DNA of 64,000 nucleotides from a candidate division WOR-3 bacterium (GTDB lineage Bacteria; Hydrothermota; Tepidihabitantia; SM23-42): NCBI GenBank assembly GCA_029858255.1, contig JAOUFJ010000006.1, positions 4,285 to 68,284 of the forward strand, read 5' to 3'. Shown piece by piece: positions 57,747 to 64,000 of this stretch (position 1 is its first letter; each line of letters starts with the position of its first letter). The notes under the pieces were generated by a model. It saw only the letters and a program-made list of their open reading frames with translations, ran no database searches and was not told where the DNA came from. The position numbers and the translations under genes were made by a program.

Positions 57747-59018
57747 TCACGGTGCTACATCATAAAAGACAAGACCGGACACCAACTTCGGGTAGAAATC
57801 AGTAGATTTCTGAGGCATGCGCTCTCGGTTCTGCGCGACTTCCTTTACCTGTTCGGGTCGGGTTGGATTCATGAGTAGTGCTATCTGGAATTCGTCCGAA
57901 TCAACTTTCCTCATCGTCTCTTCGGCTCCCCGTTCGTATCTTACGTGATCCTCGATCTTGTCGGGTTCCACGCCGAGTACTTTCTCGATCAGGAGTGTAT
58001 GCAGTATCGCCACATCAAGATTACGGTACTCATCACTTCGATCGGGCATTACTTTTTCCATCACATCATGTGATTTCAGCCTCAAAATGTAAGCAGTGAT
58101 ATGGCTGTAGAATCCGAAAGTCCCGAGATCGGAAGCGGCCAGCTCATCTACGATGTGATCGCGGTCGGTCTTCTTAATATCAAAATACTCATTCGTTTTT
58201 TTCAGAAAATCTTCGAGGTTAAACCCCTCGAGGTTTCTTATAAGCCGGTGGGTTGGCAGGATTACCAGACCAGGATCTTCTATGTTCACGAGGGTGATCA
58301 GCTTGTAGTTTGCCGGATGCTCGAGGTCGTTTCCTTCTAATTCACTATGGTAATTGTAGGCCGTTTCATAGCGGTGATGACCGTCCGCGATTACGAATAT
58401 GGAATCTTTGATCGCCGCGGCGATTTTCTTTATGGCCGCAGGTGTATCCACTGCCCATATCTTGTGGGTTACACCTTTTTCGTCGCTTACTTCAAGCAGG
58501 GGTTCTTTTTTGCAGTACTTATCAAGTGCTTTGTTGATGCTATTCTTCGTATCCGTGTAAAGCAGAAAGACCGGTTCAAAGTCCTTCTGGGTGATCCTCA
58601 ACAGGTTAAGACGATCGGCCTTGGGTTTTGAGAGCGTTTTTTCGTGAGGCAGGATATTACCTTTACCGAGTTCTTCAAGGCGCACAAGGCACATGAATCC
58701 CTTTCGTTTATACGTCTTCTCACCGACCGAGAATTCCTGCCAATAGGGATAGATTGCTGCTTTGTTGTCCTGCACAAATATCTCATTCTTGAACCAGTCG
58801 TCATAGAACCTTTTCGCATCTGCATATTCCTTCTGTCGGTCGTGTCCCTCTGCATATTTGGTCAGCACCAGCCTTACATAATTATACGCACTCTTCTCCT
58901 TATAATCTCTCTCCATCCGGTCGGTTATCTGGTCATACGGCTGAGTGACTACATCGGCGAGGTTTTCTATTTTTTCGAGATTGTATCTAATTCCCTTGAA
59001 TGGTTTTATTTCAGGCAT
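57747..59018 (-). CDS. DUF1015 family protein
   Basis: N-terminus MPEIKPFKGIRYN and internal ADGHHRYETA are what I recall as hallmarks of DUF1015. 423 aa. Sits immediately downstream of serA. Confidence 0.65.
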   Translation of the reverse strand: MPEIKPFKGIRYNLEKIENLADVVTQPYDQITDRMERDYKEKSAYNYVRLVLTKYAEGHDRQKEYADAKRFYDDWFKNEIFVQDNKAAIYPYWQEFSVGEKTYKRKGFMCLVRLEELGKGNILPHEKTLSKPKADRLNLLRITQKDFEPVFLLYTDTKNSINKALDKYCKKEPLLEVSDEKGVTHKIWAVDTPAAIKKIAAAIKDSIFVIADGHHRYETAYNYHSELEGNDLEHPANYKLITLVNIEDPGLVILPTHRLIRNLEGFNLEDFLKKTNEYFDIKKTDRDHIVDELAASDLGTFGFYSHITAYILRLKSHDVMEKVMPDRSDEYRNLDVAILHTLLIEKVLGVEPDKIEDHVRYERGAEETMRKVDSDEFQIALLMNPTRPEQVKEVAQNRERMPQKSTDFYPKLVSGLVFYDVAP

Positions 59019-59088
59019 AAATTCTCCTTCTAGTATTTACCGTTTGAACGTGGTAAAAGCTATTATTGTCCAGCGGACAGAACTGCTG

Positions 59089-59991
59089 CTATGCCCCTTT
59101 TAGCGCATCCCTCACAAGTTCAGCGATCTGGATGCCGGCGCGCAACTGTCCTTCGGCCGTCTGCGCACCTATATGCGGTGTCACAATAGCCTCATCAAGG
59201 CTGAATAATTTGTGTTCTTTTGCAGGCTCGTTCTCGTATACGTCCATTGCCGCGATCCGCACCTTGCCGCTTTTTACCGCGTCATAGAGTGCGTCTTCAT
59301 CAACAACGCCACCTCTTGCGCAGTTTATGACTACCACGCCATCTTTCATTTTTTCGAATGCCGTCTTGTTGAGTATGTGAGTAGTTTCGTCGGTCTTCGG
59401 TATGTGCAGCGATACGTAGTCTGCCTCCTTGAGCAGTGTATCGAGATCTGATATCTGTGCTTGTTCGTGCGTTTTGATATAGGGATCATAGGCGAGTACT
59501 TTCATACCCATGGCCTTGGCCCTTTTTGCCAATTCAGTACCGATACGTCCCACTCCGATGATTCCCAGAGTCTTCCCAAAAAGCTCAAAACCCTTGAATT
59601 TCTTCTTCTCCCATTTGCCGGCTCTGGTTGACGCCGTTGCCTGCGGTATCCGTCTGGCTGCGCTGAACATCATACCCAGTGCAAGTTCGGCAACTGATAT
59701 GGAAGTCGCGGCCGGTGTGTTGACTACCTTGATGTTCTTGTCTTTTGCCGCGGCGCGGTCAACGTTATCGAGACCGACTCCAGCGCGGCCGATGACCTTG
59801 AGATTTTTCCCGGCATCGATCACATCCTTTGTGACTTTTGTAGCGCTGCGGACAATGATACCGTCGTATTCGGGGATCACCTTGATCAATTCTTCCGGTG
59901 CAAGTCCTGTCTGTTCGACGGGCTCGATATCTGCACTCTTCAAAATCTCTATGGCTTCCTTGGCAATTGGATCTGATATCAATACTTTCAT
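59089..59991 (-). CDS. serA: D-3-phosphoglycerate dehydrogenase (short form) / D-isomer-specific 2-hydroxyacid dehydrogenase
   Basis: NAD-binding GKTLGIIGVGRIGTELAKRA. Catalytic residues in NCARGGVVDEDAL...HIGAQT. 300 aa. Confidence 0.8.
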   Translation of the reverse strand: MKVLISDPIAKEAIEILKSADIEPVEQTGLAPEELIKVIPEYDGIIVRSATKVTKDVIDAGKNLKVIGRAGVGLDNVDRAAAKDKNIKVVNTPAATSISVAELALGMMFSAARRIPQATASTRAGKWEKKKFKGFELFGKTLGIIGVGRIGTELAKRAKAMGMKVLAYDPYIKTHEQAQISDLDTLLKEADYVSLHIPKTDETTHILNKTAFEKMKDGVVVINCARGGVVDEDALYDAVKSGKVRIAAMDVYENEPAKEHKLFSLDEAIVTPHIGAQTAEGQLRAGIQIAELVRDALKGA

Positions 59992-60099
59992 GGTTGCCTC
60001 CTTAGAAGATAGGATAAAATTCCTAAATACCTAAATGCCTTGACGGTTTGCCAGACGTCCAGTCATTTGGTGAGTCATTTTCATGCGTCCCTGTGTTCT

Positions 60100-61167
60100 C
60101 TACAATTTCAGGATTTCTTCGATATTCCTGATGACTTCCTTTACCTCGTCGAGGGTCAGGTCTCCCATGTGAGCGATTCTGAAGGTTTGCTCTTTGATCT
60201 TACCGTATCCATTGGATATCGCATAACCACGCTTGCCGAGTTCGGTGTTGAGATCCGCAACGCTGATATTCTTCGTGTTGTTTATGCAGGTTACCGTCAC
60301 CGATTCGTAACCCGGTTCCGTGTAAAGACTGAAATGCTTTTTCGCCCAGTCCTGGACATAGTGAGCCATTTCGAGATGACGTTTGTACCTGTTCTCCATT
60401 CCTTCTGCCTTGATCTTGTCGAGTTGCTTGTCCATCGCCCACATCAGACTTATCGCCGGGGTCGTCGGAGTCTGTCCCTTTTTGTCGAAATAATCCTTGA
60501 GGTCGAGAAGATTCAAGTAATGGCCCTTGCCGCTTACGGTCTCTGCTTTTTTGAGAGCCTTTTCACTCACGATACCGACCGCCAAGCCAGGTGGCAGTGC
60601 AAAACACTTCTGTGAAGAAGTGACACACACGTCAATACCCAGTTTCTCTATCTCTATCTTATCGCCCATTAACGAACTGACGGTGTCAACGAGCAGCAAT
60701 ACATCAGGATATTTCTTCATCATTTCGGCTATTTTTTCGATTGGAGCTCTCGTTCCGGTAGAAGTTTCGTTCTGCACGACGGTTACTGCTTCGTATTTCT
60801 TCGTTTTCAATCTCTCTTCGATCATTTCCGGCTTCACTACTTTACCCCAATCAAGAGCAATCGCGTCCGCATTCCTGTCGCATGCTTTGGCAATCTTGAA
60901 CCATCGTTCGCTGAAAGCGCCATAAGTACAGCATAATACGTCCTTGCTTACACAATTCCGGATCGCGGCCTCCATCAAGGCAGTGCCTGATGCGGTAAGC
61001 ACGGTAACGAAATTATTTGTTTCGAGTAACTCCTTCAATTTAGTGACCATTCCCGTATAGAGTTCAGTAAATGCTTTCATGCGATGCCCGATCATTGGTT
61101 GCGCCTGGGCATTGAGAATATCTTCCCTGACTTCGGTTGGACCTGGAATAAATAACTTCTTATGCAT
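60100..61167 (-). CDS. class V aminotransferase of the serine-pyruvate / phosphoserine (archaeal-type SerC) family
   Basis: LFIPGPTEV start, TASGTALMEAA, PLP-lysine region SSQKCFALPPGLA. 355 aa. Directly upstream of serA. Confidence 0.75.
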   Translation of the reverse strand: MHKKLFIPGPTEVREDILNAQAQPMIGHRMKAFTELYTGMVTKLKELLETNNFVTVLTASGTALMEAAIRNCVSKDVLCCTYGAFSERWFKIAKACDRNADAIALDWGKVVKPEMIEERLKTKKYEAVTVVQNETSTGTRAPIEKIAEMMKKYPDVLLLVDTVSSLMGDKIEIEKLGIDVCVTSSQKCFALPPGLAVGIVSEKALKKAETVSGKGHYLNLLDLKDYFDKKGQTPTTPAISLMWAMDKQLDKIKAEGMENRYKRHLEMAHYVQDWAKKHFSLYTEPGYESVTVTCINNTKNISVADLNTELGKRGYAISNGYGKIKEQTFRIAHMGDLTLDEVKEVIRNIEEILKL

Positions 61168-61208
61168 CAGACCTCCTTTAAAATAGTTCCACTAATTTCC
61201 GTTGAATA

Positions 61209-61634
61209 TCAAGTTTGAACAAACTTGATCCATATCTCTCTGGTTCTCGGCCCGTCGAATTCGCAAAGAAAAATACCCTGCCAGGAACCAAAACCGAGCT
61301 TTCCTCCCTCAATGAATAGAGTTCTCGATGAGCCCATAAGCGCGGCTTTTATGTGGGCATCCGAATTGCCCTCGGTATGGGCATACTTAGCGTTATGGGG
61401 TATCAGCCTGGCGAGTGTTTCAATTATGTCGTGTTGTACGGATTCGTCGTAATTCTCGTTGACCGTGACGGCCGCCGTAGTATGCGGGCAATATACGTGG
61501 ATCAGCCCGTCAGTCATCTTGGATTGACCGACAATCTTCTGGATTGCGCCAGTTATGTCAACCATTTGCTGGCGTTCCTTTGTACTTACGCTTATTTTCT
61601 GGACCATCTGTAAATTATACAAAACCGAACCCAT
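61209..61634 (-). CDS. yjbQ: YjbQ/UPF0047 family protein (secondary thiamine-phosphate synthase-like)
   Basis: ISVSTKERQQMVDITGAIQKIV...GLIHVYCPHTTAAVTVNEN...GSWQGIFLCEFDGPR is full-length YjbQ-like. The start may be the internal ATG (MVQKIS...). Confidence 0.8.
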   Translation of the reverse strand: MGSVLYNLQMVQKISVSTKERQQMVDITGAIQKIVGQSKMTDGLIHVYCPHTTAAVTVNENYDESVQHDIIETLARLIPHNAKYAHTEGNSDAHIKAALMGSSRTLFIEGGKLGFGSWQGIFLCEFDGPRTREIWIKFVQT

Positions 61635-61675
61635 TTGTCAACGGGGATACGTCTCATCTTGACACGACAGATTGG

Positions 61676-62713
61676 ATGATTATCATTATTCTAATGAAAC
61701 ATGTACGGTCTGTGAATTGGTTCAGAATACTCACGCAGGTCGATAGAATCAGTTCAAAGAAGCACACTCTTAAGAAACTCACTAAGGGCATTGAAAAAAT
61801 ACTCAGCGGGAATTTAAAAAATACTAAAGTTTTCGTAATTATCGGTCATGGCGGAAGCGCAAAAACTGCAGAATCCAATATGGGCAGAACCATCAAAACC
61901 GGCTCATTTGTCGATGACTTCGCCGCTCTCGTAGTTAGTAAGAAGAAGAATGTGACCGTGAACAAGAATCTGGCTGTGTTTTGCAGGAGTCATCGAATAA
62001 AACCTGCGCACCGCAATGTTCGCAGCGTGTTCGGTGCACCGCTTCAGCATCAGAGTAAGGTATACGGTGCAATCATCCTCGAGAATGTAAAAGACGTGAA
62101 TGCATTCAAAAAGGAGGCGGAAAATACAGTCGGCATGATTGCGCAGCGGCTTGCCGCGGAGATAGCTTATGACCGTCTTGCCCAGGAGAATAACCGACTT
62201 GAGCAAGATATCAAGGATGCATGTTTGACCGACCCGTTGACCAACATGCCGAATCGTCGCTTCTGTGATCTGATTCTTGATATGGAATTCAGGAGGGCAA
62301 AGGGGTATACCCGACAGCTCAGCCTGGCTCTGATAACGCCTGACAATTACCGCAGTATCAGTTCAAAATACGGTAATGCCGCCGGAGATTCATTATTATT
62401 GCATGTGGCTGCTACTCTGAAAAAAAATGTCCGCGATACCGATTTCGTAGGGCGATTCAAGGATGACGAATTTCTGGTGTTGCTACCCGAAGCAGTAAAT
62501 GAAGCGGCCGTGAATGCGGCTGAGCGTGTGCGTGATGCTTTTGAATGTGCGCCCTTTGCCGTGAAGAGATTGGGCAGAAAGAAGGTGACCCTATCGATCG
62601 GCGTGGTCACTTACCCAAGTAGTGCAGAAACACTGATCGCACTGCTCGAGCACGCCGGCAAAGCGCTTAAACGCGCGAAACAGGTTGGCCGAAATCAAGT
62701 TGTAGCATTATAG
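61676..62713 (+). CDS. GGDEF-domain protein with degenerate active site (KDDEF in place of GG[DE]EF) and N-terminal GAF-like sensor; probable non-catalytic c-di-GMP-related protein
   Basis: GGDEF fold markers DPLTNMPNRR, ...GDSLL..., then GRFKDDEFLVLLPE where a canonical domain has RxGGDEF. The start is set at the in-frame ATG 61676 (61694 also possible) to avoid overlap with yjbQ. The ORF track starts at 61544. Confidence 0.7.
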   Translation: MIIIILMKHVRSVNWFRILTQVDRISSKKHTLKKLTKGIEKILSGNLKNTKVFVIIGHGGSAKTAESNMGRTIKTGSFVDDFAALVVSKKKNVTVNKNLAVFCRSHRIKPAHRNVRSVFGAPLQHQSKVYGAIILENVKDVNAFKKEAENTVGMIAQRLAAEIAYDRLAQENNRLEQDIKDACLTDPLTNMPNRRFCDLILDMEFRRAKGYTRQLSLALITPDNYRSISSKYGNAAGDSLLLHVAATLKKNVRDTDFVGRFKDDEFLVLLPEAVNEAAVNAAERVRDAFECAPFAVKRLGRKKVTLSIGVVTYPSSAETLIALLEHAGKALKRAKQVGRNQVVAL

Positions 62714-62726
62714 CATAGTGCAATAA

Positions 62727-63308
62727 GTGATCAAAAATAATCGAAAGGAGGGATTGATGAGAAAGGTTTTCACTTTGAGTATGTTGCTTACTCTGATGCT
62801 GCTATTTTGCGGTGGCCCTCAAGAAAGCCCCAAGGCAGAAACCGAGAAACCCGAAACAAAGGATGAAAGCAATCTATACTATGGTACTTTGGGTGAGTCA
62901 GAACTGCAGAGTCTTATAAAGGCGATCCCCGTATTCAATGCAGAAGTCGAGAAGCTTGATATGGAGTTAGAATCAGCCGAGGGTCCACAAGAATTAGCCG
63001 CGATGCTGGGGCAATACTCTACTCTGAACAAGCGACTGCCTGAACTCGACGCAAAACTCAGGAATGCAGGCATGTCCTGGGAGGAGTTCTGGCCAGCTTT
63101 AGGTAAGACCTATATGGCCGTAGGTGCAGTGATGATGGATTCGCTAACGATCGCGATGAAGAAAGAGATGCAGGGTGTACAGGAAGATATGCTTAAGGAA
63201 ATGATGAAGAATATGGAAGAGGCTAATGAGGTATACAAGCAAGTTCCTCAAGGCAACAGAGATCTGGTTAGAAAGTATATAAAAGAGCTCAGCGCAGTAA
63301 TGGATTAA
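62727..63308 (+). CDS. hypothetical secreted/lipoprotein, helical, Lys/Glu/Met-rich
   Basis: Signal peptide MRKVFTLSMLLTLMLLFCGG with a Cys after the hydrophobic core (lipobox-like LLFC). RBS AAAGGAGGGA upstream. No family assignment. Confidence 0.5.
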   Translation: MIKNNRKEGLMRKVFTLSMLLTLMLLFCGGPQESPKAETEKPETKDESNLYYGTLGESELQSLIKAIPVFNAEVEKLDMELESAEGPQELAAMLGQYSTLNKRLPELDAKLRNAGMSWEEFWPALGKTYMAVGAVMMDSLTIAMKKEMQGVQEDMLKEMMKNMEEANEVYKQVPQGNRDLVRKYIKELSAVMD

Positions 63309-63405
63309 TACCCTATTCATGAGGATCTTTCTGGGGCACGACGGCGAAAACCGCCGTGTCCCATTTGTATCAGCATAACACTGTCCGACGCAGGCACCAT
63401 CTGGT

Positions 63406-64000
63406 ATGAACAAGAATATAATAGAACGTTTCATTGACAGAGTCGAGAGCCATTCCCTTGGACTGGCTGGCTTTTGCGTTATTTGTTGGGTTTTCCTGCG
63501 GATTTTTCTTGAGGGGATATTCGAATCCTATCACTACATTGGTTTTTCACCATTTTCATATAAGATGCTTCTGACCTATTTCGTACATTTCCCGCTATTC
63601 TATTTCTGTCTATTTCTTCTTTTGGTGATTATCATATCCGGGCTAATCAATGAACCTGTCAGAAATGTGACCAAGACTGCCAGCATCGGGCTCGTGATAA
63701 TAGTATTTGTGCCACTAGTTGACCATTTTGTCGGTGGCGGATACGCGATCACCTATCCGCTCCGTTTGGAACCTTATCTTGTGAATTTCCTGAATCCTTT
63801 TGTTTCACTTGTCGACATCGGTGTGTCACCCGGACAGCGTGCTGCCGTGTTTTTGATATCTTTTCTGATCGGTATTTACGCTTTTTCGAAGACGAGAAGA
63901 CCAATACGTTCCATCTTCATGTTCCTGATTAGTCTCGCGGTGATCATCCTATTCGGAGGGCTCACGACGCTACTGGCTGTCAACCACCCTGAATCTGTCT
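63406..64000 (+). CDS. multi-pass membrane protein, 5' fragment (continues beyond the window); paralog of the N-terminal domain of the TPR membrane protein 51654..53726
   Basis: ATG at 63406. The reading frame stays open to the end of the window. Shared blocks with 51654..53726: GFSP, HFPLFY, P(L/F)(V/I)D..V..G.GY..TY, F.KTR. Confidence 0.6.
   Translation, partial: MNKNIIERFIDRVESHSLGLAGFCVICWVFLRIFLEGIFESYHYIGFSPFSYKMLLTYFVHFPLFYFCLFLLLVIIISGLINEPVRNVTKTASIGLVIIVFVPLVDHFVGGGYAITYPLRLEPYLVNFLNPFVSLVDIGVSPGQRAAVFLISFLIGIYAFSKTRRPIRSIFMFLISLAVIILFGGLTTLLAVNHPESV

Noticed and set aside
61544-61675. N-terminal 44 codons of the GGDEF ORF overlapping yjbQ on the opposite strand
   Set aside because: An antisense overlap of 90 bp is unlikely. 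In-frame ATGs at 61676 and 61694 give a non-overlapping start.
63330-63362. Possible terminator hairpin after the lipoprotein gene
   Set aside because: The stem is only 6 bp perfect (ACGGCG/CGCCGT) with mismatched outer pairs, and there is no clear T-tract. Too weak to call.
63517-63535. tRNA T-arm-like motif TTCGAATCC
   Set aside because: It lies inside the coding frame of the membrane protein starting at 63406 (G-I-F-E-S-Y). No acceptor, D or anticodon arms can be built around it. No tRNA or rRNA was found in any intergenic region.
1-64000. CRISPR arrays, integrases, transposases, phage genes
   Set aside because: I looked for regularly spaced direct repeats and recombinase or transposase motifs and found none. 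The only tandem repeats are the short TAACG array and the promoter-proximal direct repeats reported above.

Overview
This 64 kb window looks like ordinary chromosomal DNA from a Gram-negative bacterium that carries a type IX secretion system (T9SS). The lineage is probably FCB-group or candidate-phylum, because promoters are sigma70-like (TTGACA-16/17-TATAAT) and Shine-Dalgarno sites are strong. About 48 protein-coding genes sit on both strands. I found no rRNA, tRNA, CRISPR array, integrase or transposase. The housekeeping genes include a partial myo-inositol-1-phosphate synthase, tmk, a C-terminal processing protease, a PurS-PurL fusion, ispF, lnt, glnA, ilvE, rpiB, a UvrD/PcrA helicase, a MoxR ATPase, and a serA/serC-like/DUF1015 serine-biosynthesis block with yjbQ. 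The envelope and secretion genes are unusually dense. Seven proteins end in T9SS C-terminal sorting domains (CTDs): an S8 subtilase with BNR repeats, two C25 gingipain-like peptidases, two tandem BNR-propeller proteins, a 916-aa FN3-containing protein and a 315-aa lectin-like protein. There is also a three-gene operon of a TonB-dependent-receptor-like barrel, a CTD cargo protein and a PorV/LptO-like outer-membrane protein. Further envelope genes are a Wza-like polysaccharide export protein, a patatin-Omp85 fusion and a rhomboid protease. The regions worth a second look are: (1) a cluster of three perfect DnaA boxes in a 165-bp intergenic region upstream of moxR; (2) a translationally coupled four-gene operon of uncharacterised membrane proteins next to the Wza-like exporter; (3) a UbiA-prenyltransferase gene coupled to a multi-TM + TPR membrane protein whose multi-TM family has a second copy starting at the window's end; (4) a PorU-sized C25 peptidase coupled to a GAF-GGDEF diguanylate cyclase; and (5) a consensus leaderless promoter flanked by 19-20 bp direct repeats and a 5x 9-bp TAACG tandem array. 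All calls come from reading the translations and the DNA by eye. No database search was run.
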